Source of the DNA: Scenedesmus sp. PABB004
Taxonomy: Eukaryota
Length of the DNA: 64,000 nucleotides
Assembly (NCBI GenBank): GCA_014905635.1
Contig: JABVCE010000021.1
Coordinates: 496,001 to 560,000, forward strand
Direction of reading: 5' to 3'
A program made the translations under genes and the position numbers. This document shows positions 35,416 to 48,131 of the stretch, in pieces. Each line of letters starts with the position of its first letter. Position 1 is the stretch's first letter. A model generated the notes under the pieces. It made no database searches and was not told where the DNA came from. It saw nothing but the letters and a program-made list of their open reading frames with translations.

Positions 35416-37151
35416 TCACGCGTCTGGCGACTGGTCCGACGCGAGCACGAACACGTGATCGCTCGTGCACGCGCACCACACGCACGCGGCGGCGGCGTAC
35501 ACGCACGCCAGCGCCCCAAACACGGCGCAGTACGAGCCGGTGCGCTCGACGGCGAGCCCGGTGAGGAGGCTGCACGCGATGCCGGCGAGGATGGACGCCG
35601 AGTTGGTCACGCCCTGCAGCACGCCCGCCGCGCCGCCGGCGACGTCTTGCAGGTGGGCGTGAAATCCGCCGAACGAGAGGCTGTAGCACGCCAGGTTGGC
35701 AGCGAGGCAGGCGACCGCGGTGCCGAGCCCGGGGTCTGGCGCGAGCGCGAGCGGCAGCGCACTCAGCGCGCACCCGCCGAACGACGCCGCCTGCATCAGC
35801 CGCCGCACGAACAGCGTCGGAAGGCCACCGCGAATCAGCCTGCGGCGGGGCGGGCGGCGCACGGCGTGGCGCACGCCGCCCGCGAGCCGCCGTCGCGCGG
35901 CCCCGCCCGGCGCCCGCCCCGCACCCGTCTGAGACGGAGCCCGCCAGCATGCCGACCACTGCTGCCGCGAGCCAGGGCGCCGCGGAGAGGCGGCCGGCCA
36001 GCGCGGCGCTCTCGCCACCGCCGCCCAATGACCTCACGTATGAGGGCAAAAAGTTCTGTGCGCCAGCGGGCGGGCGGGCGGGTGGTTGTGTGCCCCCGTG
36101 TGTGCGGTGCGCTGGCCTGTGCGCCGCCCGCCTGGGTGCCACAGGTCCGGACCTGCAGCAAGAAAAACCCAGCGCCGATCACTGCGTGCGCGAAGCAGAG
36201 CAGCGCGACCTGGCGCTGGCTCGCCGCGTCGAGCCGCCAGCTCAGCCGCGACCGCGCCGCCCCGCGCTGCTTGCTCTGCTGCTGCTGCTCCAGCTGCTGC
36301 TGCTGCTGCTGCCCCCGCTGCTGCTCCGGCTGCTGCTGCTCGCCTGCGCCGCCGGCGCTGCCGCGCGTGAGGCGGCGCATCGCGAGCGCGCCGCCGGCCG
36401 CCCACGCGACGCCCGCCGCGCCGACGAGCGCAAACGCGGCGCCGCCGCCGACCGCGTCGGCGAGCAGCGGCGTGAGTGCGAGGCCGATCACGCCGCCGAC
36501 GTTGAAGTTGGCGTATACAAAGGCCACCGCGGCGCTGCGCTCCGCGCGCGGCACCCAGGCGACCGCCGTCGCGGTGACGCAGGGCATCGCGCACGCCGAG
36601 GCGAGGCCCATGAGCGCGCGGGACGCGAGGATGACGCGCAGCGGCGCGCCGCTGCCGCCCGCGCCGCCGCCGGCGCCGGCGCCGCCCACGCCCAGCCCCG
36701 CGGCGGCGGTGAGCGCCGTCGCGGCCGACCAGAGCGCGAGGCCGGCGAGCAGCACGCGCGGGCCGCCGTATTCGTCGGCGAGGCGCCCCGCGGGGAGCTG
36801 GCCGGCCAGGTAGCCAGCCAGCATCACAGCCTGCACCGCCCCGGCCTCGCCCGCGCGCAGGCCGAGCTGCGCGCACAGGTCCGGCAGGAGCACGGCGAAC
36901 GCGCTGCGGTGCAGGTTGCACAGCAGCAGCGCGCCCGCCGCGACCGCGACAACGCGGCGCCACGGTGCGACGTGGTGGTCGCCGTCCCCCGCGCCCGCGG
37001 CGCCCGCGGCCGCCGCCGCGCGCAGCCGCCGCCGCCGCATGCTGCCGCCGTCCCGCGCCCCGGGCGCCGGCCGCGCCGGCCGCCGCGGGGCAACGCTCGG
37101 CGCGGGTGCGCGCAGCGGCTGCGCCCGCGCCACCACCGCCGCTGCCGCCAT
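35416..37151 (-). CDS. MFS anion/phosphate transporter (PHT4/SLC17-like), probably plastid-targeted
   Basis: LLLCNLHRSAFAV, GYLAGQLPAGRLADEYGGPRVL, SRALMGL, WVPRAERSAA, QNFLPSY, VRRLMQ and AGVLQGVTNS. Confidence 0.8.
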
Positions 37152-37569
37152 GGAGAGCGGCTGCGGCGGCGCGCCGTGCGGCAGTTCCGGTGCGGCACGC
37201 AGGCGCGGCGGTCGAGCAGCGGCGGTTGCGCGCGGGTGGGAGCAGCGCCCAGAGGCGGATCGCTGGTTGTAGTGGTGCAGTGGATCGGGGGAGGGAGGAG
37301 GCGGCCTGCCACGGCGGGACTGTCAGAGCGCGCGGCGGTGCAGGCGGCCAAAAGCGCGCCGCCGCTCCGCGCTCGGCCGGCGCGCCGGCCTGCGCTCGCT
37401 CACAGCGCCGCACCACCGCCACCGCCACCGAGCGCGCTCTCGGGTGGACAACTCCCCGCTCCGCGCCGCTGCTAGCTCCCGGCGCAGCAGCGGCAGCGGC
37501 AGGCAGCGGCACGCCGCAGGCGGCGCTGGGCGGCGCTGGGCGGCGCTGGGCGGCGCTGGGCGCCGCCTC

Positions 37570-39156
37570 ATGCAAGGCGCGTCGCATGGCGCCGAGCCGC
37601 GCGAGTCGACCAGCGGAGCCGTGCGGCGACGGCTGCAGGCGCTGCCGGCGTTTGCGCGGGTGCGCCGGCGCCGCTGCTTCTGGTGTCGCGGCTGGCCTGG
37701 CGCGGCCACACGCCGGGGCGGCCCCCTGCCCTGCGGCAGCCCCCCGGCCCACACCCCGCCGCGGCGCGCCGCGGCGCGCAGGAGCTGATCGCCGGCGGCG
37801 CCGCGGGCGCGCTCGGCAAGACCTCGGTTGCGCCGCTCGAGCGCGCGAAGATCATCTTCCAGACGCGGGGCGGCAACCTGACCGTCGCCGGCGTGCTCCA
37901 GTACATCTGGAAGCACGAGGGCGTCGCGGGGCTGTTCAAGTGCGGCGTCGAGGGCGGCGACAGGGGCGGCGCGCAACGCGGGGCGCGGCCGGCCGCGCCG
38001 CGAGCCCGCCCGCCCGGCCACCCGCCACGCGCGCGCAGGGGCAACGCGGCGAGCGTGCTGCGCATCGTGCCGTACGCCGCCATCCACTTTGGTGCGACGC
38101 CCGCCGCCCGCTGCTCGGCCCTGCGCCCAGCGCCTGCACCCCTGAGCCCCGCGCCTGCACCGCGAACCCATGAAACCCTGAACTTCTGACCCCTGAACCC
38201 CCGAGCCCCTGAGCCCCTGAACCCCTGAACCCGCCGCGCAGGGCTGTACGAGCACTTCCGGCGCGTCATCACCCCCCGCCTCGCCCACCCCGGCAGCGCC
38301 GCGGCCGGCGCGCCCGTGTATGACCTGCTGGCCGGCTCGGCCTCGGGTGCGCGCGCGCGGGCGCCGGCGGGTGCGGCGGGCTCGCGGCCGACGGACATGT
38401 GTGGCTCGGGCGGCGGCTAAACGCGCGGCCGCGCCGCCGCGCAGGCGCCGCCGCGGTGCTGGCGACGTACCCGCTCGATTTGGTTCGCACGCGGCTGGCG
38501 TGGGCGACCGAGGCGCCTGCAGGTGTGCGGGCGCGCCGCGGCTTCATCCCCCGTGCCTCGGCGCACGCGGCGCGCGCGCCCCCGCCACGCGGCGGCCCGC
38601 CCGACCGCCTGCCGCCGCCCGCCCGCCGCCGCGGCGCGCCCGCAGCAGCGGCGGGCGCGGGCGCGGGCGCACCGCGCTGGCTCGCGCGGCGGCGCGCGGG
38701 CATCGTCGGCCTGCTCGCGTGCACCGCGCGCGAGGAGGGCGTGGTCGGCCTCTACCGCGGCGTCGCGCCAACGCTGCTCGGCATCCTGCCGTACGCCGGG
38801 CTCAAGTTCTACGTCTATAACGTGGGGTTTACGCCGGCGGGCTGACAGGGTTGAGGGTTGAGGGTTGAGGGAGGAGCGCGCCGGCGCGCGACGGCCCCGC
38901 GCGCGATGCCGCCGCCGCCGCCGCCGCCGCCGGGGCGCAGGCCATGAAAACCCACTACCGCGCCTGGACGGCGCGCAGCGGCGGCAGCGGCGGCAGCGGC
39001 GGCGGCGGCGGCGGCGGCGGCGACCGGTGGGAGCGGCGGCAGCGGGCCGGGGCGCCGGGGCCGCCGCCCGAGCAGAGCGCGCGGGAGCAGCGGGAGCTGC
39101 TCGCCGAGCGGGCGGAGCTGCGCGCGCAGCTGCCGGTGGCGCAGCAGCCGCTGCCC

Positions 39157-39187
<31 letters not shown>

Positions 39188-39837
39188 TGCAGCAGCCGCC
39201 GCCGGTCGGCGAGAAGTTGCCGATCGCGGTCTCGCTCGTGGCGGGCAGCCTCGCCGGCCTGGTCAGCCAGAGCGTGACCTACCCACTCGACGTCATCCGG
39301 CGCCAGCTGCAGGTCGCGCACCTGCAGCGCGCCGCGAGCCTACGTGAGGTCATTGAGGCGGAGGTGCGCGCCGCCGCGGGTGGTGCGGGCGCCACGGGCG
39401 GCGGTGCAGGCGGCCCCGCGCAGGCAGCCGCGGCGGCGGCGCCCGCGGGCGGCGGGCAGGCGGCGCCGCCGGCGAAGCGCAGCGGGGCCGGCGGCCTCGC
39501 GCCCGCGAGCCGCAGCGGCGGCGGCGGCGCGGCCGGCGGCGGGCCGCCGCGGCACGGCGCGCGGGCGCTGCGGCTCGCGCCGCGGCTCGCGCCCGGCCTT
39601 GCCCCCGCCGGCGCGCGCGCGGGGAGCAGCGCCCGCGCGCCCGCGGCGCCCGCGCCGCCCGCGGAGGCGCGGCCGAGCATGGCGGGCGTGACGCGCGCGC
39701 TGTACGCGGAGGGCGGCCTGCGAGCGTTTTTCCGGGGCCTGAGCCTCAACTACATCAAGGTCGTCCCCAGCACCGCGATCGGTTTCACCGTCTACGACGC
39801 GCTCAAGGCCCAGCTCGGCCTCGCGAGCTCGCTGTGA
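37570..39837 (+). CDS. Mitochondrial carrier, CoA-carrier (CoAc/SLC25A16)-like
   Basis: Three carrier signatures ([33 protein letters not shown]), plus [34 protein letters not shown] and [21 protein letters not shown]. Confidence 0.9.
38165..38232 (+). repeat. Degenerate telomere-like (CCCTGAA/CCCCTGAG)n tract, intronic
   Basis: aacccatgaaaccctgaacttctgacccctgaacccccgagcccctgagcccctgaacccctgaaccc. Confidence 0.75.
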
Positions 39838-40485
39838 GCGCGCGGCGAGGGAGGCCCGCGAGGGAGGCCCGCGAGGGAGGCGCCTGCGCGCGCGGCGCGC
39901 GGCGGCGGCGGCGGCGGCGCGTGCCGTGCGCGTCCTGCAGGGGGGGGGGGGGAGCGGATTTGATTGCATTGGCACGTGGCGGCGCAGTTTTGGGGCCGAG
40001 GGAGTGCGCAGGGCGCGGAGCGGTGCGGAGCGCGTTGGGTCGGCGAGTGAGCAGCGGGCAGCGTCGGCGGTCAGGGGCAGTGGTGTTGCTGTTGCATCGT
40101 GCGTCAAGGAATGCAGTGCGCAGGCTGTTGGCCGGGGCCGGCCAGCTCTGAAATAATATGAAAGCAGCAACCCGTGCGATGACGTTCCCATGACCTGCTG
40201 TGAGTGTTCACGGTCCGCGCTGGGCGGCTCGACGGATCAATCGGCCGGGGCGGGCCGCCAGGCCCCGCGCGCGCCCGTCAGAGCAGAGAGCACAATAAAC
40301 AACATGCCAGCAGGCAAAGCGCAGCACAGGGGAGCGCGCGGCGCTCATCCCCGCGCACGCGCGGCATCCCCAGCCCCCCCCCCCCCCAGCCGCCGCGTTC
40401 GCCCGCGCGGCGTCGCGTGCTGCAGCTCCTGCACCTCTTCCTCCATGAGCAGCTGCGGTGGATGCTGGCGCAAAAAACACCTTTG

Positions 40486-43400
40486 TCACCTGGCCCTGCA
40501 GTTTGGCCAGGTCGGCAGCCCCGCGAGCTCCGGGTCGCTCAGGGGCACACGCCAGCCCCAGCTGACGTAATGCGGGGTAACGTTGCATCCCGCGGCCTTG
40601 GACTGCTGGCGCACCCAGGTCGCCATTTTGGCCTCGTCCGACGCGTCGCTGACCGAGTCCGGCAGGTCCCGATAGCTCACGATCGTGGCGCGCAGGAGCT
40701 CAAAGCCCCAGCCGCCGTCCTCGATCAGCTGCGGCGGCGGGGCGCGGCGGCGGCGGCGGGTGTCGCCGCCCGGCCGCGGCCGGCGAGCGCGCATGCCCAC
40801 ACTCACGAGCACACCAGCGCCGCCACGCGCCGCCCAGCGCGCGCGCGCTGACCGGCTCGCAGCACACACGCACGCACACCGCCAACCAGCGCGCACGCAC
40901 CTGCAGGTAGCTGTCGAGGAAGAGGGCGGGGTCGTCGCACAGCACCTCGTAGCGCGGCCCGGACTCAAAGTAGGCCCGCCGGTTGGCGCCGCGCGCGGCG
41001 GGGTCGTCAAACCACGAGTAGAAGGTGGCGGGGTCGGTCTGGTTGCGCACCGCGTACTCGGCGCGCGCGGAGAACCAGTTGCACGTGACCTCGCCCGTGC
41101 AGCCCCACGTCCACGCGCTGCGCTGGTGCTCGTGGCCGAGCTCGTGCAGCTGCGCGCGCGCGCGGGGCGCCGCGTCGGGCGCGGGCGTCGGGCGCGGGCG
41201 TCGGGCGCGGGCGCCGCGGGGAAGCGCAGCGCGCGGCGGCGGCGCGCGCGGGCGCGGCGGGCGCCGCGCACCTGGCCCCAGTGGCCGGCCGCCTCGGGGC
41301 GGACCTCGAGCGTCGAGTCGACGACGTCCATGAACGTCATGATCGGGTACCTGCAGCGTTTGAATGGCCGTTTGAATGAGCATTTGAACGTTCGTAATCG
41401 ACCCGCGATTTGAGCCCGCGTCGCACGTGCGGCGAGCGCGCACGCTCGGGACCCCACCACCACCACCACCACACACACGCACACACACACAAACGGGGGC
41501 GGCGGCGGCGGCGGCAGGCGCACCCGCTGTGCATGTAGCCGACCGAGATGTCGGCGTCGTGCTGCATCCGCAGCGGCGCCAGGTCGGCGGGCGGCGCGCC
41601 GTCGCCAATGAGGCCGGCGAGCCAGCGGTGGCTGTCCATGATCTGCGGCGTCACGCGCGCCCGGGCGGCCGCGGCGGTCAGGGCGGCGGGCTGCTCGCAG
41701 GGACGAGAGAGGGAGGGCGAGAGAGGGAGGGAGAGGGAGGGAGGGCGCCGCCGCGCTGCGGTGTGCTGCCGCACCCGCGCCCAGTAGCCCGTGACTGCCT
41801 CGGCGTCGGTGATCTTGGCGAGCGACGCACGCGGCGTCGCGATGATTAGGCGGCCGCCCGCGTCGACCTCGCCCCACGGCGCCGGCGACGCCGCGAGCTC
41901 GGCCGCCCACGCCTCGGGGGTCATGCCGCTGCGCATCGTCGCCGCGCGCAGCGCGCCTGCCGCAGGGGGGCGGGCGGGCGCGGCGCGGCGGCGCGGCGGC
42001 GCGTGGGCGGCGCTGCCTGGTCAGCCGCCGCGCGGGGCCGGGGCTGCGCACCGCGCACGAGCGCGGCGCCGCGCCGCGGCTGCTCCGCACCCTCGACCGT
42101 CACGTTGAGCGGCCCGAGCGCGAGGCCTTGCGGGAGCACCACATAGATCAGGCCCCCGAGCGCGGACGCGACGCGCGTGGTCGCCTTGGTGAGGCTGAAG
42201 CTCCGCACGACCTCCGGGAGGCGCGCCCACTCGTCCTTCTCGTACAGCGTGTCGGTCCACCCGCCGATGTGCGCGGTCACCGCGCCCGCGTCCGAGTCGA
42301 GGCCGAGCAGCGCGGCCGGGAGCGTGAGCTTGACCACCGCGCCGGGCGGGGCGTAGAGGCCGGTGCTGTGCCACAGCATGGCGTCGCCGGGCGTCGTCGC
42401 GTTGACCTGCGCGGGCGGCGCGGGCGGGGGGCGGGGGGCGGGTGCGCGCGCGCGTGAGCGCGGCGAGGCCCCCTGGCGCTGCGCGGCGCGGCGCGGCAGC
42501 GCGGCACGGCGACGGCCGCCGCGCCGCCGCACCACGACGTCGGTGGGGCCCAGCGGTTGCGCGTCGGCCGGGGGCAGCCCGGGGAAGGTCGCCGCGTCCA
42601 GGCCGACGGGCAGCTTGCCGACGGGCAGGTGCTTGTACAGCTGCGTGCGGGCAAACGCCTGCAGCACGCGGCGGCGGCGGCGGCAGCAGTCGGGCGCGAG
42701 GGCGCGAGGGCGCGGCTGGCGCGCCCGCGCCCCCGGGCCTGCGCGTCAGACGCGTGCTGAGGGGGGGGGGGGGGGCGCTTCTCTCACCCCCACGCGTCGC
42801 TAGTGGTGATGTTGATGCGCGCGTCGGAGGTCGGGACGCGCGAGTAGGTGCGCGCGGCCTGCGGCGGCGGCGCGGCGGCGCGGCGCGCCTCAGCGGCCGG
42901 CCGGCCTGAGCGGCCGCAGCGCGGCGGCGCGGCACGCGGCGCGCCCCGGGGTGCGGCGGCGGCGCGCACCTCCTGCAGCAGCGCCCATATGCCGCTGGCG
43001 GGGGGCATGAACGGCAGCGCGCCGTCGACGGCCCGCATCAGCGCCCGCACGCCCTCCGCACCCGCGGCGGCGCCGCAGTCGCCGCCGCGCTGCGCCCCCG
43101 TGAGCGCGTCGCCGAGGCAGCGCGCCGCGACCTCGGCGTTGGCGGTCTGCCGCGGCGGCGCCGCGAAGCTGGTCGCCCACTGGCCGGCGCTGGCGGTGAG
43201 TACGATACCCATGCGCGCGGTCAGGCGGTTGTTCGGGTGCGCCGCCACCTCGGCACTGTACGACCAGTACCACGCCTGCGCATGAGCGCCGGGGCACCCC
43301 GGTGGGTGCAGCGCACGCACCGCTGCGCGTGGCCGGGCTCGCAGCGCCGCGCCACGCCCGCACCTGCCCGCCGATGACCACGCCACCGCCGGCGCGCACG

Positions 43401-44149
43401 TACGCCGCAATCGCGCCCGCGTGCTTGCCCACCGCCGCGGCCTGGCCGTTGAGCAGCAGCAGGTCCACCGCCGACGGCGAGAGCGGGCCGCCCAGGTCCA
43501 CGCGCCCGCCGTCCTCGATGCGGCCGCCGCTCTGCGGGCAGCGCGGGCGAGCGGGTGACGCCGCGCGCACGCGGCGCGGCGCCCGGCCACAACGCAGCGG
43601 GCATCGCCCTCGCGCGATTGCGCCGGCCGGCGCAGCGAGCGGGCGCCGTGTGCCGGGCACTCGCGGCGACCTTCCTCGCCGCCGCGCCGCCGCGCCGCCG
43701 CGCCGCCGCGCCGCCGCGGGCCGCACCTCGCTCGCCAGCCAGGTCGCGGCGGTCTCTCCATTGGAATCGGTGTGGCAGAGCCGGACGCTGCGCCCGTTCC
43801 GGTAGCGGCCCGCCCAGAGCGCGGCGCTGGTGATGAGACCAACGAAGCCTGGCTTGTCGTCCGGGCTGTCGAACAGCATGCCCTCGTGCCCGAACTGCAC
43901 CAGCCGGCCCTTGCCAAAGCGCGTGGCGGCCACCACGCACTCGCCGCTGTCGCTGGCGGCCACGGCGAAGGCCCTGCCGAACAGCACCAGCGCCGACGAG
44001 TAGAAGCTCTCTGTCGGCACAGACTGCACGCCCGCGGTGATCGCGTTCCAGTCAGCCAGCTGCTGGGCTGTCAGGGACTGGCCCGCGGCGCCTGCGGCGA
44101 GCAGCGTCACCGCCGCGAGCAGCGCCGCTGCCGCCGTGCGGCGCGGCAT
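40486..44149 (-). CDS. Peptidase M60-like / TCAF (FAM115)-architecture protein with signal peptide
   Basis: AATRFGKGRLVQFGHEG, GGGVVIGGQ|AWYW, WHSTGLYAPPG, HIGGWTDTL, ALGGLIYVVLP, APWGE, DISVGYMHSG|YPIM and WGQ|LHELGHEHQ...GEVTCN. An alternative upstream ATG lies at 44176. Confidence 0.88.
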
Positions 44150-44530
44150 CCCGCGCTCTCGCTGCTGCGCGCACATTCCGGCGGTGTCTGTGTGTGTGCC
44201 GGGCATCTGGGAGGGCCGGCTGCAACGCGCACTCGTGCGGCGGCCGAGCGGGCGCGCGCCTGAGCCCTGCGACAGTGACGACAGTGACGCCGCGGGCAGC
44301 GGCGGCGGCGGCAATCCATCTCACCCCGGCCGACGCAGGTCGGCGCGGTCAGCAAAGCAGATAGTTCACCGTCAACCCCCTACTGTACAGTGTACACGGT
44401 CTGGCCGCGCAACCAGCCGCTGCGCCGTCCGCCAGCCTGCGCCTGCCTGCGCCCGCCCGGCCCGCCGCCCCCCGCAGCTGCGCGCCCCCGGCAGCTGAAG
44501 CCCCGCCCGCCGCCCCGCCGCCCCGCCGCC

Positions 44531-44561
<31 letters not shown>

Positions 44562-44563
44562 GC

Positions 44564-46192
44564 TCAATTGTAAAACTGCAGCCCGAACTTGCTGCGCGGG
44601 CCCTGGTGCTGCCCGCGCAGGTCGGCGCGGCCGCTGCCCGGCCCGAGCGCAAAGTGCTTGGTGACCTGCACGCGCTCGCCGTCGCGGCCCGCAAAGCCCG
44701 TGCCGCCGGTCTTGAGCTTGATGACGTCCCTCTCGCGCAGCTTGTGCCCCCGCCACTCGCCCTCGGGCTTGATGCAGGCCTTGTACGTCTCCTCGAGCAC
44801 CACGTCCCCCGTCGGCGCGAGCACCACGAGCCGGCTCGCGTTGGTGAAGGTGTCCTTGGTCACCGGGTCCATGTGCCGCCCCGGCTCGCCCTCGGGGACG
44901 GGCGTGAACTTGACGGCCACGCAGTCCTTGAGCCGCAGCTTCGCGCCGCTCGCGGGGCAGAGCGTCGACGCGTCCGGCTTCTCCAGCAGGTCCTTCGCCT
45001 TGGGCTGCTGGCTCGGCACCCAGAACGCCTGGCGCACACGCGACGTGACGCGCGGCGGGGCGGGACAGGCGTCAACACGCGGGCAGCGGCGCGCTGCTGC
45101 GCCGCGCGCGCACGGCCACACGCACGGGCACGCGCCGTGCGCCGCGCGCGCCGCCGCGCGCGCCGCGCACCCGCAGCTGCTTCGCGCGCTCCTCGTGCTC
45201 CTTGATGTTGATCGCGCTCTTCACGCCCCGCGCGTCGTGCATCGTCGCCGCCTCGGCCGTGATCGCGTCCTCGATGCGCTTCGCGGTCTTGCCGCTGATG
45301 CCCATGTGGTTCTGGCGGTCAAACGCGATGAGCTTGGCCTCATGCGCCACCGCCGCCTGCTCCGCCGCCTGCGGCGCGCGCGGGCGGGCGCGGGGGCGGC
45401 GCCGCGGGGGCGCGGTCAGCCCGCCGCCGCCGCCGCCGCCGCCGCCTGCATCGGCTGCGCCCCTCTGCTGCCCCGGCGGCGGCGGCCGCCGCCAGCCGGC
45501 GCTCGGCTGCTCGCCGCCGGCTGCCGCCGCTGCTCGCCGGCTGTCGGCGCTCGTGCCCGCCCGCCGCCGGCTGCTGCCGCCGCACCTTCTGCGCCTCGTC
45601 TGCCTGCTGCGCCTCGTACGCGGCCAGCTTGCGCTTGATGGCCTTCTTCTGCTGCAGCAGGCTCTCCAGGATGGCCTCCCTGCTGTAGAGGTAACCGTCA
45701 GGCGTCACGACCGGGTCCTGCGAGCCGCGCGGCGGCGGCAGCAGCGGCGGCGGCGGCGGCGGCAGCAACGTCGGCGCGGCCGCCTCCCCGCCAGCGCGCG
45801 GCGCCGGCCCTGGCGCTGGGGGCGGGCTGCTGCGGCCGGGGCCAGCGCTGGCGAGCCCACGCGCACGCCCCCGGCCCGCCGCGGGGTGCGCACCGCTGCC
45901 GGCTGCAGCGTGAGGCAGCAGTCGTAGTAGTTGCCGAGCGAATCCTGCGCAGCGGCGGCCGGCCGTCAGGGTGCGGATGCGGCGGCCCCGGGGCGACGCG
46001 CCCGGCGTCCCGCCCGGCCCGGGCGCGGCCCGCATGCGCCGCGGCGGCGCCGCCGACAGCGCCGCCCCCCCGCCGCACCTTGCCCTGCCGCTCCTTCACG
46101 GTGCCGAAGCCCAGGGCCCGCTTCTCGTGATACGTGAAGGCCTCCGAGCCCATCGTCCCCGCATTTTTGCTGTGCCTGCTGCCGCGACCCAT
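44564..46192 (-). CDS. NOSIP: Nitric oxide synthase-interacting protein homolog (NOSIP/CSU1)
   Basis: RHSKNAG..FTYHEKRALGFGTVKERQGK|DS..CCLTLQP, DPVVTPDGYLYSREAILESLLQQKK, AFWVPS, CPASGAKLRLKD and GGTGFAG. Confidence 0.92.
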
Positions 46193-46673
46193 CTTGGCTG
46201 CTGCTCCCGGGCCGGGCTGGGGCTGAGGGACCGCACCGCAGCGGACGGGGTGGGCTGGGGGGAGTGGGCGGGCCGGGGAGTGGGCGGGCCGGGGAGAGGA
46301 CTGCGCAGCGGGCCGGTGCGGCGGCGCCGGGGAAGCCGCGCGGTCGGCCGTCGCGACGGGCGGCGCGCGCCGCTGGCCCCCCAGCTGAGGGGGCCTCGTC
46401 CCTGCGCCGCTGACCGCCCAGCTCCACGCCCGACACCACACGCGACTCGTCGGTGACGCGCCGCCGCGCCTGGCCGCAGCGTGCCCGCGCGGCCGCAGCC
46501 GCCCCTGCGCTCATCGGCGCGCCCCGGCGCCCTGCCGTCGAGCTTCTGAAAGCGCCCCGACTGCTTGTGCGCTCGCGCGCCCCCCGCCGGCGCGCGCGCC
46601 GCGGCGCGCGTGAGCAGCGCGCCGCGCGCAGCGGCGCCGGCCGGCGGCGCGGGCGCCGCCGCCGCCCGCCGCC

Positions 46674-48075
46674 ATGGCGCCGTCCCCCGGCCGCGGCGGC
46701 GTGACGTCCGTCAACTTTGCGCCGAGCGGCGGCGGCGCGAGAAAGGTGCAGACGACTGACGACATCATGCGAGCCATCGAGTCGACGCTGCCGCCCGACG
46801 CGCCGAGCCGCTACAAGCAGGAGGAGCTCAGCTCCCGCGTCATCGGCAGGCGCGGAGCGGCGTCGCGCCAAGCTGGCAACGCCCGCCTCCGGCGCGCCCG
46901 CGACGCCAGCTCCTGGCCGCCGCCAACCTGGCACCGCACCGCCCGCGCTGGCGCCGGCGCAGGATCATCGAGCATGAGTCGGCGTTTGGGGACAAGGCGC
47001 TGCCGCGCAGCCGGCTGCCCAAAGTCGACGCGGTGTGCGCGCGCGGCGGCGCACGCGCGCGGCCGAGCCCGGCGCGCTGCCGCCCGGCGCTGCCCGTGCT
47101 GCCGCCAACTCCCCCTACCCTGACCCGCCCGCCCCGCCCCGCCCCGCCCTGGCCTGCGCGCGCAGGCGATGCTGGACCGCTACCAGGCGGCGCGGCGCAA
47201 CGTGCTCGTGCTCGGCGCGATCCAGCAGGCCAGCAGCGCCGCACCCAGCCGCGCGGCGAGCCGCCCGGCGACGCACCGCAGCGGCAAGGGCAGCCACGGT
47301 GCGCGCGCGCGAGCGCGGCCCGCGCGTGGGAGCCGGCGCTCGACCCTCACCCTGCCGCCGCGCGCCGCGCGCCGCGCCAGCAGCCCCCAGCGCCGCGGGC
47401 GGCGACAGCGACGAGCACAGTGAGGACGGCGAGGAGGGCGGGCTGGCGAGGCTGCCCGGCGTCGGCGGGCACGAGGGCGGCGGGCTCAGCCCCGAGGCGT
47501 CGGGTGCGCGCTGCGCGCTGGCGCGGCGACCGCAGCGCCGGCGGGCGGCGCCCCTGCTGGTTCGCTGACGCGCCCGCTGCCGCTGTCCCCGTCGCCCGCG
47601 GCAGGCTATGCTGGCACCGAGGCCGGCTCCGCGGCGCTCAGCAGCCGCCGCATGCGGCACGCCGCCAGCGGCCGCAGCGCCGCGAGCAGCTTTGCGGGCA
47701 GCGCGTGCAGCGGCGCGCGCCTGCGCAAGCAGGGCAGCTCCGGCAGCTCGGGCAGCGGGCTCACCGGCACCACGACGCTGCGCAGCGAGGGCAGCCGCTT
47801 TACCCACCGCTCCATGTTCGGCCGCAAGGCGCCGCGCAAGTGCGGCGCCGGGCCGCCGGGGGTGGGCGAGCGCACCGCGCCGCGCCGCCGCGCCCAGCCG
47901 GCCGGCGGCCGCCGCGCGGCGCCGCAGGAAGCCGGCCAAGCCCAAACCCGGGCGCGTCGCGGCCGCGCTGGCGGAGCACGGCGGGCACGACGACTGGATG
48001 AGCCGCACGCTGCTGCGGCACTGCCTGGCCTCAATCATACAGGCGCGCCCGCGCTGCGGGGCGGCCGCCAGGCCA

Positions 48076-48131
<56 letters not shown>

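Noticed and set aside
4221..39837. GPAT9, acetyl-CoA transporter and CoA carrier as a lipid/CoA gene cluster
   Set aside because: They are separated by many unrelated housekeeping genes, with no sign of co-regulation.
39950..40340. Lower-GC stretch as a possible ncRNA or mobile element
   Set aside because: It lies between convergent stops (39837 +, 40486 -), which fits 3' UTRs; no boxes, terminal repeats or strong stems were found.
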